Of a stretch of DNA of 64,000 nt, positions 25,398-35,266 are shown one piece after another. A program made the position numbers and the translations under genes. The notes below the pieces were generated by a model, which saw only the letters and a program-made list of their open reading frames with translations, was not told the origin of the DNA and made no database searches. This stretch comes from Escherichia coli (lineage in GTDB: Bacteria > Pseudomonadota > Gammaproteobacteria > Enterobacterales > Enterobacteriaceae), in NCBI RefSeq assembly GCF_003334355.1, contig NZ_QOWP01000005.1; one strand, written 5' to 3'. Numbering within the stretch: position 1 is the stretch's first letter; each line of letters opens with the position of its first letter.

Positions 25398-25587
25398 GCA
25401 AAAGAGAGTAATTATTGTTTATTTAGCGTATTATCGACACCGGCCCTTTCCGCCGTGTTCGGTAATAAAATAACCTGGCTTATTAGTCCGAATTCAGACA
25501 AATATAAACAAATCCTGCTCAAAATTAAAAATTCTAACCGGTAAAAGATATTACTTAAACATGTAAATTCACTTTCCTTTAAAAAAC

Positions 25588-25616
25588 AAAAAACCGCCAA
25601 AATCAGGCGGTTTTTT
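25588..25616. terminator. bidirectional intrinsic terminator (second copy)
   Basis: AAAAAACCGCCAAAATCAGGCGGTTTTTT. Confidence 0.75.
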
Positions 25617-25684
25617 GTTGCTGGTCCGGTTCGCGGCCTTTCCAGCAGGTTGTATTACCGTAGTAATGCAAGCGCGTCTCAGCG
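25588..25684 (-). ncRNA. candidate ~100-nt sRNA, copy 2 (TimR-like antitoxin candidate), divergent from the ryfA-like transcript
   Basis: minus-strand TTGACA-N17-GAGTAT promoter (25691..25719), terminator at 25588..25616; contains GGAAAGGCCGC. Confidence 0.4.
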
Positions 25685-25690
25685 GAGACA

Positions 25691-25719
25691 ATACTCGCCA
25701 GTAACTCTCTTTTTGTCAA
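25691..25719 (-). promoter_or_regulatory. putative sigma70 promoter for sRNA copy 2
   Basis: TTGACA (25714..25719 complement), 17-bp spacer, GAGTAT (25691..25696 complement). Confidence 0.35.
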
Positions 25720-25808
25720 GCAAAAGAGAGTTATTATTGTTCTGTTAGTGTATTATCCACTGCGGCCCTTTCCGCCGTCTCGCAAACGGGCGCTGGCTTT
25801 AGGAAAGG

Positions 25809-25883
25809 ATGTTCCGTGGCCGTAAATGCAGGTGTTTCACAGCGCTTGCTATCGCGGCAATATCGCCAGTGGTGCTGTCGTGA
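25809..25883 (+). CDS. small ORF 1, 24 aa (MFRGRKCRCFTALAIAAISPVVLS), hypothetical membrane peptide
   Basis: AGGAAAGG directly upstream of ATG; hydrophobic; below ORF-track size cutoff; an upstream CCCTTTCC could sequester the SD. Confidence 0.3.
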   Translation: MFRGRKCRCFTALAIAAISPVVLS

Positions 25884-25907
25884 TGCGGTCTTCGCATGGA
25901 CCGCACA

Positions 25908-26033
25908 ATGAAGATACGGTGCTTTTGTATCGTACTTATTGTTTCTGGTGCGCTGTTAACCGAGGTAAATAATAACCGGAGTCTCTCCGGCGATAATTTA
26001 CTGGTGGTTAACAACCTTCAGAGCAGCAAGTAA
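25908..26033 (+). CDS. small ORF 2, 41 aa (MKIRCFCIVLIVSGALLTEVNNNRSLSGDNLLVVNNLQSSK), candidate type I toxin-like peptide
   Basis: same frame as ORF 1, separated by a TGA and 4 codons; alternative ATG at 25896 gives 45 aa; about 15-residue hydrophobic N-terminal segment; no strong SD. Confidence 0.4.
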   Translation: MKIRCFCIVLIVSGALLTEVNNNRSLSGDNLLVVNNLQSSK

Positions 26034-26063
26034 GCCCGAATGCCGCCCTTTGGGCGGCATATT

Positions 26064-26840
26064 TTAGATTATCCGATTCTGTTTAAAGTCACGCAAAAAA
26101 CCACCCCAGCGACGTTCATAGAATGGCGCAATATGTTCGGTAATAAAGTGGCTAATTCCTTTTTCCCCTTTTTTCACCTGACAAATATCGATTGGTTCAT
26201 CGCCAGGTAATGTATCGGTCGCTACACTTCCCGTCGCCTGAATAATTTCTTCGATATCACCATCGGCTTCAATGCCAATAAGTAAATTAGGCTGTGCCTC
26301 TTCGTTCTCTTTAATTGAACAAATAAAAGCACGCTTCACCGGCTTAATGGTTTTAAATAAGGTGGTGAGTGAATCAATCATTTGTGCTGGCGGCTCTGCG
26401 ACTTCCGATAATATCAGCGATTCACCGCCTTCCAGGATTTCCTGGCTGCTCAGCGGATTTCCCTCTTCACCAATCAACAAACTGATTTCACGCGGCATAA
26501 ATTCTTTACCGGTTGGCAGTTTGGCATTAAGGAAGAGCGTTTCGCCAAGTGTCATCTCAAACAGCGTGCGAACGGGCATTACGACAAATGCCTGTTCGTC
26601 TTCAACCGCCTGTTGAAGTGCTTCTAACGAGGTGAAAAAAGGAATGACGCTGGTGCCGTCTTCTTTTTCCCAGTGCTGTAAATCAAGCGCGCTATCTTCA
26701 ACCACAGCCTCGCCCTGCGCCGCCGTACCAGGCACCCAGACGGTGGATTCCAGTAGAGTACGGAAAAAGGCCGGGCGGTGCGCCGGTTCAGTTGCTGCTT
26801 TTTCCAGCAGGTCTTCAAGTTCGTTTTTTGTTTCGGACAT
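26064..26840 (-). CDS. sseB: SseB (enhanced serine sensitivity protein)
   Basis: ORF track frame; ATG at 26840 (MSETKNELEDLLEKAATEPAHRPAFF...); ORF-track start at 26849 is a GTG 3 codons upstream. Confidence 0.88.
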   Translation of the reverse strand: MSETKNELEDLLEKAATEPAHRPAFFRTLLESTVWVPGTAAQGEAVVEDSALDLQHWEKEDGTSVIPFFTSLEALQQAVEDEQAFVVMPVRTLFEMTLGETLFLNAKLPTGKEFMPREISLLIGEEGNPLSSQEILEGGESLILSEVAEPPAQMIDSLTTLFKTIKPVKRAFICSIKENEEAQPNLLIGIEADGDIEEIIQATGSVATDTLPGDEPIDICQVKKGEKGISHFITEHIAPFYERRWGGFLRDFKQNRII

Positions 26841-26876
26841 AAGAACCACAATTCATTCAACGTTCGGGGCGCAAAT

Positions 26877-26973
<97 letters not shown>

Positions 26974-26981
26974 ATATTAGT

Positions 26982-28265
26982 TTACGCCGTTAACAGATTA
27001 GCTATCGTGCGCACACCAAGTCCCGTAGCGCCCGCAGACCACTGTTCAACCGGCGCTTTACGGTAAGTCGCCGAGCAGTCGATATGCAGCCAGCCTTGCT
27101 GATAGTTCTCAACAAAGTGCGACAGGAAGCCCGCCGCCGTGCTCGCGCCTGCCGGATACGCCGCGCTTCCGGTATTGTTCAGTTCGGCAAAGTTAGACGG
27201 CAGCTGGCTGCGGTGGAACTCCGCCAGCGGCAGACGCCAGAACGGTTCGTTCTCCTGCGCGGCACTCGCCAGCAAGCGACCGGCCAGCGCATCGTCAAAA
27301 CTGAACAGCGCGTGATAATCATTACCCAGCGCAGTTTTCGCCGCCCCGGTGAGGGTCGCCGCATCAATGATCATTTCCGGTTTCTGCGCACTGGCATCAA
27401 TCAGACCATCGGCAAGCACCAGACGCCCTTCGGCATCAGTGTTCATCACTTCAACTTTTTTACCGTTGCGATAGGTGATGATATCGCCCAGCTTGAACGC
27501 ATTGCCGCTAATCAGGTTATCCGCACAGCAGAGGAACAGCTTCACGCGCTTGTTCAGTCCGCGCGTAATGGCAAATGCCAGCGCCCCGGTAACCGTTGCC
27601 GCGCCGCCCATGTCCGACTTCATCGAGTCCATAAACGCAGTCTGTTTGATGCTGTAGCCGCCGGAGTCAAAAGTGATACCTTTACCTACCAGGCACGCGT
27701 ACACTGGCGCTTCTTTATCGCCAGTTGGGTTGCAATCCAGCGCCAGCAATACCGGAGAACGTTCTGAACCGCGTCCGACGGTGTGCAGCCCCATATAACC
27801 TTGCTCACGCAGATCTTCGCCTTTGGTGATCCGATAAGTCACACGATCGCCCGCGACGTTGCTGATCAGATCAACAGCACGCTGTGCCAGTTGCGATGGT
27901 CCCAATTCTTCTGCCGGTGCGTTGATGGTGTCACGCACCCAGTCGATGATCATCAGGCGGTTATCCAGTTCCTGGCGCTGGGCATCGTCCAGATCCGGCC
28001 ACTCCACTTTACGCGTGCCTTTCGGGGCTTTGTAACCTTGCCAGAATGCCCAGCAGCGATCCGCATCCCAACCTTCACCGCTTAACTGAACATGCTTGAT
28101 GCCCAGACCGTCAATCTTGCGGGCCGCACGCTGGATCAGCCCCAGATCGTCTGCCCCGTTCAAATGCAGGGTAATGCCATCATTATTAATGCTGTAAGTT
28201 GCTTTTTCTCCCCAGCGCGCGTCGGCAGGTTGGGTAGAGAGGGTAATTTTCATCGCTTCTGTCAT
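26982..28265 (-). CDS. pepB: aminopeptidase B (peptidase M17 family)
   Basis: ORF track 427 aa, [30 protein letters not shown]... Confidence 0.95.
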   Translation of the reverse strand: MTEAMKITLSTQPADARWGEKATYSINNDGITLHLNGADDLGLIQRAARKIDGLGIKHVQLSGEGWDADRCWAFWQGYKAPKGTRKVEWPDLDDAQRQELDNRLMIIDWVRDTINAPAEELGPSQLAQRAVDLISNVAGDRVTYRITKGEDLREQGYMGLHTVGRGSERSPVLLALDCNPTGDKEAPVYACLVGKGITFDSGGYSIKQTAFMDSMKSDMGGAATVTGALAFAITRGLNKRVKLFLCCADNLISGNAFKLGDIITYRNGKKVEVMNTDAEGRLVLADGLIDASAQKPEMIIDAATLTGAAKTALGNDYHALFSFDDALAGRLLASAAQENEPFWRLPLAEFHRSQLPSNFAELNNTGSAAYPAGASTAAGFLSHFVENYQQGWLHIDCSATYRKAPVEQWSAGATGLGVRTIANLLTA

Positions 28266-28322
28266 TTTAGTTATCCTTATTCGTTTAACAGCAAAACGGG
28301 CTACCCCAGGCAGCCCGTTTAT

Positions 28323-28523
28323 TCATTCGGCCTCGTCCAGCCAGACTAACAAAATCGCTTCGAGGATTTTCTCGTTGGATGCCTGCGGGTCGTCGTCGAA
28401 ATCTTCCAGATCGCAAATCCACTGATGCATATCGGTGAATCGAACCGTTTTCGGATCAAGATCGGGATACGCATCGTACAGTGCTTCGCCAATTTCGCGG
28501 CTATCGGTCCACTTAAGTCCCAT
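28323..28523 (-). CDS. iscX: Fe-S assembly protein IscX
   Basis: ORF track 66 aa, acidic, [24 protein letters not shown]... Confidence 0.93.
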
Positions 28524-28534
28524 ACTAACCTCTG

Positions 28535-28870
28535 TTAATGCTCACGCGCATGGTTGATAGTGTAACGCGGGATTTCGACTACTAAATCTTCGTCGGTAAC
28601 GCGCGCCTGGCAGCTTAAACGGCTTTCCGGCTCCAGTCCCCAGGCTTTGTCCAGCATGTCGTCTTCCTGCTCTGAGCTTTCCGGCAGTGAGTCAAAACCT
28701 TCACGAACGATGCAGTGGCAGGTGGTGCAAGCACAGGATTTTTCACAGGCGTGTTCAATCTCGATACCGTTACGCAGAGCTGCGTCGAGAATGGTTTCAC
28801 CGCTATTAGCTTCCAGAACAGCGCCATCAGGGCAGAGATCCTGATGAGGCAAAATAACAATCTTTGGCAT
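28535..28870 (-). CDS. fdx: [2Fe-2S] ferredoxin
   Basis: ORF track 111 aa; cysteine ligand pattern C-x5-C-x2-C...C. Confidence 0.95.
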
Positions 28871-28871
28871 A

Positions 28872-30722
28872 TTAAACCTCGTCCACGAAATGGCCTTTCA
28901 GCGCACGACGAACCGACTGGTCCATGCGGCGAGCGGCGAAATCCTGGGTTTGTTTGTCTACGTTTTTAATCGCTTGTTCGATGGCGTCAACATCATCGCC
29001 CTGCGCCACTTCACTCAGGTGAGCGGCAGCATCGTCAATGACCTGACGTTCTGCGGCGCTTAACAGCGCGGCATCAGCAGCCAGCGCGCCGTGCAGACTT
29101 TCCAGCACACGCGCCGCTTCTACTTTTTGTTCTGCCAGCATTCGGGCTTTTACGTCCTGCTCGGCATAGCTCATTGAGTCTTTGATCATCGAAGCGATTT
29201 CGCTATCGGTCAGACCGTAAGACGGTTTGACCTGAATAGACGCCTCAACGCCGGTGGATTTCTCCATCGCCGTCACGCTCAAAAGACCGTCGGCATCGAC
29301 CTGGAACGTCACGCGAATATGCGCACCGCCAGCCGGTAGCGCCGGAATACCACGCAGCGCAAAACGCGCCAGTGAGCGGCAGTCCTGCACCAGTTCGCGC
29401 TCACCCTGCATTACATGGATAGACATCGCCGTCTGACCATCTTTAAAGGTGGTGAAATCCTGAGCGCGGGCCACCGGAATAGTGGTATTACGCGGAATCA
29501 CTTTCTCCACCAGGCCGCCCATCGTTTCGAGGCCCAGCGACAGTGGGATCACATCAAGCAACAGCATTTCGCTGTCTGGCTTGTTACCCACCAGAATATC
29601 CGCCTGAATCGCCGCGCCAATAGCGACGACTTTATCCGGGTCGATGGAAGTCAGCGGTGGACGACCGAAAAATTCGCCTACCCGTTCACGCACCAGCGGC
29701 ACGCGAGTAGAACCGCCCACCATCACCACTTCCAGCACTTCATCAGCTTCTACACCCGCGTCTTTCAGCGCGCGACGACAAGCCAGTAAGGTTCGTTTTA
29801 CCAGTGGCGCGATCAGTTCATTGAATTGTTCACGGCTGATTTCGCCCTGCCAGCCCGCAACGTTAACGGTCACGGAGTCCGCATCGCTCAGCGCGATTTT
29901 GGCTGCAATGGCGGCATCCAGCAGTTCACGCTGAACGCGGTTATCGCTACGATCAGGAATGCCCGCCTGCTCGCGAATGTAATCCGCCAGCAGATGGTCG
30001 AAATCATCGCCGCCGAGCGCGGAATCACCGCCGGTTGCCAGCACTTCAAACACGCCGCGACTTAAGCGCAGAATGGAAATATCAAACGTCCCGCCACCGA
30101 GGTCATAAACGGCGATCACGCCTTCCTGACCGGAATCCAGCCCGTAGGCGATAGCCGCAGCGGTCGGTTCGTTAAGTAAGCGCAGGACGTGAAGGCCCGC
30201 CAGACGCGCCGCGTCTTTGGTGCCCTGACGCTGGGCATCGTCAAAGTACGCCGGAACAGTGATAACTACACCATCCAGCTCGCCTGCCAGGGCTTCAGTT
30301 GCCCGCGCCGCCAGTGCTTTGAGGATGTCCGCAGAAACGCGCACCGGGTTCAGCAGCCCCGCCGCCGTTTCAATCATCGGCAGGCCGTTTTCGCTGGCCT
30401 GGAATTGATAAGGCAGATGCGGATAGCGTTGCTGGATATCAGCCAGCGAGCGTCCCATCAGGCGTTTAACAGAACTAATTGTGTTGGCGGTATCGAGCGC
30501 TGCATTAGTACGCGCGTCATAACCCACCGAATGCCCTTGCTGTTGATAGTGAACAACAGATGGCAGCAGGTGACGGCCTTCATGATCGGCTAACGTTTCG
30601 GCCTGACCGCTGCGCACTGTCGCCACCAGCGAGTTGGTTGTGCCCAGGTCAATACCAGCCGCCAGACGACGCTGATGCGGCGCAGCACTCAAACCAGGTT
30701 CACTAATTTGTAATAAGGCCAT
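28872..30722 (-). CDS. hscA: Fe-S cluster assembly Hsp70-type chaperone HscA
   Basis: ORF track frame; start trimmed to [31 protein letters not shown] (616 aa); Hsp70 ATPase motifs. Confidence 0.95.
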   Translation of the reverse strand: MALLQISEPGLSAAPHQRRLAAGIDLGTTNSLVATVRSGQAETLADHEGRHLLPSVVHYQQQGHSVGYDARTNAALDTANTISSVKRLMGRSLADIQQRYPHLPYQFQASENGLPMIETAAGLLNPVRVSADILKALAARATEALAGELDGVVITVPAYFDDAQRQGTKDAARLAGLHVLRLLNEPTAAAIAYGLDSGQEGVIAVYDLGGGTFDISILRLSRGVFEVLATGGDSALGGDDFDHLLADYIREQAGIPDRSDNRVQRELLDAAIAAKIALSDADSVTVNVAGWQGEISREQFNELIAPLVKRTLLACRRALKDAGVEADEVLEVVMVGGSTRVPLVRERVGEFFGRPPLTSIDPDKVVAIGAAIQADILVGNKPDSEMLLLDVIPLSLGLETMGGLVEKVIPRNTTIPVARAQDFTTFKDGQTAMSIHVMQGERELVQDCRSLARFALRGIPALPAGGAHIRVTFQVDADGLLSVTAMEKSTGVEASIQVKPSYGLTDSEIASMIKDSMSYAEQDVKARMLAEQKVEAARVLESLHGALAADAALLSAAERQVIDDAAAHLSEVAQGDDVDAIEQAIKNVDKQTQDFAARRMDQSVRRALKGHFVDEV

Positions 30723-30738
30723 GTTTAGCTTCCAGAAA

Positions 30739-31254
30739 TTAAAAATCGAGCAGTTTTTCTTCGAGTTGTTCGGCACTGCTTCGCAGTTTATCGAGAAAAC
30801 GCAGCTTACGCACGGTATCCGCCGCCGCGTCCCACGTCTCGTTGTCTAACTGTTCAACCATCAACTGATGGCGGGTATCAAACATCTTTTTCACACGTTT
30901 GATAAAGCTTTCCAGCCGCGCTTCATCTTTCGCCTGTTCGATCTCGTCCAGCTCTTCGCGCAGCTCCAACTGTTCCATCAGGAACGCGGTGTCGCGCACA
31001 GTATGCTGCTCGCTGGCGAGATCAAAGCCGTGCAAAGAAAGCAAATATTCCGCGCGCATTAACGGATGACGCAGCGTTTGCCAGGCCTGGTTAATGGTTG
31101 CAGATTGCTGTACGGCGGCGAGTTGTTCCGCCTGGCTTCCGCTGGCGAATTTATCAGGATGATACTGACGTTGTAGATCCTGAAAACGCAGGCTCAGCGC
31201 CTGGGTATCGAGTTGATAGCGGGCAGGCAAGCCAAAGAGGGTGAAGTAATCCAT
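30739..31254 (-). CDS. hscB: J-type co-chaperone HscB
   Basis: ORF track 171 aa; J-domain HPD motif (YHPDKF). Confidence 0.95.
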   Translation of the reverse strand: MDYFTLFGLPARYQLDTQALSLRFQDLQRQYHPDKFASGSQAEQLAAVQQSATINQAWQTLRHPLMRAEYLLSLHGFDLASEQHTVRDTAFLMEQLELREELDEIEQAKDEARLESFIKRVKKMFDTRHQLMVEQLDNETWDAAADTVRKLRFLDKLRSSAEQLEEKLLDF

Positions 31255-31349
31255 AACATTCTCAGGGCTGCGATCCGCCGCGATAACGGCGAATCAGGTA
31301 AAACAAACCCCACGCGCAGGCGACCACGGTGGGGTTATCGGTATGCGCA

Positions 31350-31673
31350 TCAAACGTGGAAGCTTTCGCCGCAACCACACTCATCTTTGACATTCGGGTT
31401 GGTGAATTTAAACCCTTCGTTCAGGCCTTCTTTTACGAAGTCCAGCTGCGTACCGTCCAGAAATTGCAGGCTCTTGCCATCGACCACGACTTTCACGCCT
31501 TTGTCTTCAAACACGATGTCTTCCGGCGTCGGTTCGTCAACAAATTCCAGTACATAAGCCATACCTGAACACCCGGAGGTTCTCACGCCCAGACGCAGGC
31601 CAAACCCTTTACCGCGGTTAGCCAGAAAGGTATTTACTCGCGCTGCTGCACTGTCGCTCAGTGTAATCGACAT
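31350..31673 (-). CDS. iscA: Fe-S cluster insertion protein IscA
   Basis: ORF track frame; ATG at 31673 ([13 protein letters not shown]..., 107 aa); C-terminal CGCGESF. Confidence 0.95.
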   Translation of the reverse strand: MSITLSDSAAARVNTFLANRGKGFGLRLGVRTSGCSGMAYVLEFVDEPTPEDIVFEDKGVKVVVDGKSLQFLDGTQLDFVKEGLNEGFKFTNPNVKDECGCGESFHV

Positions 31674-31689
31674 AACCAAACCTCAACTC

Positions 31690-32076
31690 TTATTTTGCTT
31701 CACGTTTGCTTTTATAGTCCGCAATGGCGGCTTTGATCGCGTCTTCTGCCAGAATAGAACAGTGAATTTTCACCGGCGGCAGTTCAAGTTCTTCAGCAAT
31801 ATCGGTGTTTTTGATCGCCTGCGCTTCGTCGAGAGACTTCCCTTTCACCCATTCGGTGACCAGGGAGCTGGAAGCGATAGCGGAACCGCAGCCGTAAGTT
31901 TTAAAACGCGCGTCTTCAATGATACCTTCATCGTTGACTTTAATCTGCAACTTCATCACGTCGCCACAGGCCGGTGCACCCACCATGCCGCTGCCGACGT
32001 TCTCGTCGTTGTTGTCAAAGGAACCCACGTTACGCGGATTCTCGTAATGGTCGATAACTTTTTCGCTGTAAGCCAT
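31690..32076 (-). CDS. iscU: Fe-S cluster scaffold IscU
   Basis: ORF track 128 aa; conserved Cys residues and LPPVK motif. Confidence 0.97.
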   Translation of the reverse strand: MAYSEKVIDHYENPRNVGSFDNNDENVGSGMVGAPACGDVMKLQIKVNDEGIIEDARFKTYGCGSAIASSSLVTEWVKGKSLDEAQAIKNTDIAEELELPPVKIHCSILAEDAIKAAIADYKSKREAK

Positions 32077-32103
32077 TATAAATTCTCCTGATTCCGATAC
32101 CGA

Positions 32104-33318
32104 TTAATGATGAGCCCATTCGATGCTGTTCAGATCCACGCCCTGCTTGTACATTTCCCACAGCGGAGAAAGGTCACGCAGACGACCGATGGATTTACGA
32201 ACTAACTCGATGGTGTAGTCGATCTCTTCTTCAGTAGTAAAACGACCTAAAGAGAAACGGATAGAGCTATGTGCCAGCTCGTCGTTCAGCCCCAGCGCGC
32301 GCAGCACGTAGGACGGTTCGAGGCTTGCTGACGTACAGGCGGAACCGGAAGAAACCGCGAGGTCTTTCAGCGCCATAATCAGCGACTCACCTTCAACGTA
32401 GTTGAAGCTGACGTTGAGAATGTTCGGCGCACCGTGTTCCAGGTCACCGTTCAGGTAAACTTCTTCGATATCTTTGATGCCGTTCCACAGACGGTTACGC
32501 AGTCCGCGCAGACGTTCCATCTCGGTCGCCATCTCTTCTTTTGCGATGCGATAGGCTTCGCCCATTCCGACGATCTGGTGAACAGGCAGAGTGCCGGAAC
32601 GCATACCGCGTTCGTGACCGCCGCCGTGCATTTGCGCTTCGATGCGTACGCGCGGTTTACGACGCACATACAGCGCACCAATACCTTTCGGGCCATAGAT
32701 TTTGTGACCGGAGAAAGACATCAGGTCAACTTTCAACTGGCTCAGATCGATAGGCAGTTTGCCCACGCTCTGGGTTGCATCAACGTGATAGATAATGCCA
32801 CGAGCACGGCACATTTCGCCGATAGCCGCGATATCCTGTACCACGCCGATTTCGTTATTCACGTGCATGATAGAAACGAGGATGGTGTCGTCACGCATCG
32901 CTGCTTCAAGTTCTTTCAGGTCGATAATGCCGTTACGCTGCGGTGCCAGGTAGGTGACTTCAAAACCTTCGCGCTCCAGCTGACGGCAGGTATCCAGTAC
33001 CGCTTTGTGTTCAGTTTTGCTGGTGATGATGTGCTTGCCTTTTTTCTGATAAAAGTTGGCTGCACCTTTGATCGCCAGGTTGTCAGATTCGGTTGCACCA
33101 GAGGTAAAGACGATTTCACGCGGATCAGCGCCGACCAGATCGGCAATCTGATTACGGGCGATATCTACCGCTTCTTCAGCCTGCCAGCCGAAACGGTGAG
33201 AACGGGAGGCCGGGTTACCAAAGGTTCCGTCCATCGTCATAAACTGCATCATTTTCTCGGCAACACGCGGGTCCACCGGCGTGGTTGCGGAGTAGTCGAG
33301 ATAAATCGGTAATTTCAT
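32104..33318 (-). CDS. iscS: cysteine desulfurase IscS
   Basis: ORF track frame; start trimmed to [19 protein letters not shown] (404 aa); PLP-lysine context [12 protein letters not shown]; active-site SSGSACTS. Confidence 0.95.
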
Positions 33319-33558
33319 TGCTCTATAAACTCCGTACATCACTCAATGCAAGGAATCAGGCTACCGGCTGGATGTACGACCGTGTTTACGGAACGCGATA
33401 CGCCCCGGCCTGATTCTAATATCTTGTTATCTTTAACCTAACTGTTTCGGGTTTCAGCAAGTTGACAAACTTACGAATCTCCGGGAGCTTACATAAGTAA
33501 GTGACCGGAGTGAGTATGTGCAGTCAACGCAGATGCAACACGAAACAGGACGGTTAAA

Positions 33559-34047
33559 TTAAGCGCGTAACTTAACGTCGATCGCGTCTTGTATGCGGGT
33601 GCGTGGCGCGTCGTGAGTATGCTGACGACCAGACACATCCAGCACTTCCTGGTTATTAACCAGTTCGCCTAAAGTAATGTTGTTGAGAAAACCGGTGAGA
33701 CGGTCGCTCAAATCACGCCACAGCGCGTGGGTCAGGCATTTATCACCGCCCTGGCAGCCGCCTTTACCCTGACAACGAGTAGCATCTACAGATTCGTCAA
33801 CGGCGCTAATCACTTCGCCAACGGCGATGCTGCTGGCATCTTTGCCTAACAGATAACCACCGCCTGGTCCACGTACGCTGGAAACCAGACCATTTTTACG
33901 CAGACGGGAAAACAGTTGTTCCAGATAAGAAAGGGAAATTCCCTGACGTTCGGAAATATCAGCCAACGGTACCGGGCCCGCTTCAGAGTTGAGCGCAACG
34001 TCAAGCATTGCGGTCACGGCATAGCGCCCTTTAGATGTCAGTCTCAT
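33559..34047 (-). CDS. iscR: Fe-S-sensing transcriptional regulator IscR (Rrf2 family)
   Basis: ORF track 162 aa; cluster-ligand cysteines C-x5-C-x5-C. Confidence 0.97.
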   Translation of the reverse strand: MRLTSKGRYAVTAMLDVALNSEAGPVPLADISERQGISLSYLEQLFSRLRKNGLVSSVRGPGGGYLLGKDASSIAVGEVISAVDESVDATRCQGKGGCQGGDKCLTHALWRDLSDRLTGFLNNITLGELVNNQEVLDVSGRQHTHDAPRTRIQDAIDVKLRA

Positions 34048-34129
34048 GTCTTACTTCACCTCAAACTCGCCCCTGCCCGGGGTTTTTTATTGTAAAAGTG
34101 GGGGTATTGCATAGCAGGGTCAAGTCTGA

Positions 34130-34180
34130 CATTCCCGAGTAAATTGGTCAACTATTTACTTGACTGATTTAGTCGGGTAT
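34130..34180 (-). promoter_or_regulatory. two overlapping IscR type-1 operator-like sites upstream of iscR
   Basis: minus-strand ATACCCGACTAAATCAGTCAAGTAA (34154..34180) fits the type-1 pattern ATASYYGACTRwwwYAGTCRRSTAT; a second related site at 34130..34156. Confidence 0.6.
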
Positions 34181-34223
34181 TTAACCTTCAGTGCCATTTT
34201 TTTATCGTGGTGTTTGTACCTGT

Positions 34224-34398
<175 letters not shown>

Positions 34399-34407
34399 CA
34401 ACGGCTG

Positions 34408-35148
34408 TTATTCGGCCTTGTTACCTTTATTCTGCTGCTCAATAGAAGCCAGAATCCCGCGCAGGATATTCAACTCCTGGCTTTCCGGGCGCGCACGGGT
34501 AAACAGACGGCGCAATTTATTCATCACCTGCCCCGGATGGTTTTCACGGATAAAACCGGTTGCCAGCAGCGTTTGTTCCAGATGACCATAAAAACGCTCC
34601 AGATCATCGACCAGCGGATACGGCGTCTCTTCATGCTCGACCTGCTCGCCATTTTCCTGAGTTGCCAGCCAGGCCATGCGCACTTCATAGGCAATAACCT
34701 GAACCGCCATCGCCAGGTTCAGCGAGCTGTATTCCGGGTTAGCCGCAATCGCGACATGATAATGGCATTTCTGCAACTCTTCATTGGTCAGGCCGACACG
34801 TTCGCGACCAAAAACCAGCGCCACCGGGGTATTTGCCGCTTCAGCAACGCTTTTCAAACCGCATTCGCGCGGGTCGAGCATCGGCCACGGCAGCGTGCGG
34901 GAACGTGCGCTGGTGCCCACCACCAGGCTACAACCGGCTAACGCTTCGTCGAGCGTATCGACGATGTGAGCATTACCAATCACATCGCTGGCCCCCGCCG
35001 CCAGGGCAATCGCCTGGGAGTCAGGTTTCACCAGTGGATTAACCAGCCACAGATTGGTTAATCCCATTGTTTTCATGGCACGGGCAACAGAACCCATATT
35101 GCCGGTGTGTGACGTCTCCACCAGCACAATTCGAATATTTTGCAGCAT
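34408..35148 (-). CDS. trmJ: tRNA (cytidine/uridine-2'-O)-methyltransferase TrmJ
   Basis: ORF track 246 aa, [30 protein letters not shown]... Confidence 0.93.
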
Positions 35149-35266
35149 TGTCTTTCTTCGTCTAAAGATTATTCGCGCATCTTATCATAAAACGAAGACA
35201 GATGCCGATCTCGCTGCTATACTCTGCGCCGTTTTCCCGTTCTTTAACATCTAGTGAGAGAGACCG

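Larger units (their letters stand above)
25262..25460. repeat. tandem module copy 1 (terminator + conserved ~190 bp)
   Basis: shares with copy 2 the terminator, GGTTCGCGGCCTTTCCAGCAGGTTG, the palindrome CTCTCTTTTTGTCAAGCAAAAGAGAG, and TATTATC...CGGCCCTTTCCGCCGT; period about 325 bp. Confidence 0.8.
25588..25785. repeat. tandem module copy 2
   Basis: see copy 1; same conserved blocks in the same order. Confidence 0.8.
25763..26066 (+). ncRNA. ryfA: ryfA-type ~300-nt transcript (mRNA for small hydrophobic peptides; TimP-like)
   Basis: -10 TATTAT at 25751..25756, terminator hairpin ATGCCGCCC-TTT-GGGCGGCAT at 26040..26060; implied length about 300 nt matches the size recalled for RyfA in the sseA-sseB spacer; ends inferred, not measured. 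Confidence 0.5.

Noticed and set aside
25412-25600. 62-aa minus-strand ORF in tandem module 1 and 71-aa minus-strand ORF at 25799..26014
   Set aside because: They start inside terminator hairpins or run antisense to the ryfA-like transcript, with no SD; the plus-strand small ORFs and minus-strand sRNAs explain the region better.
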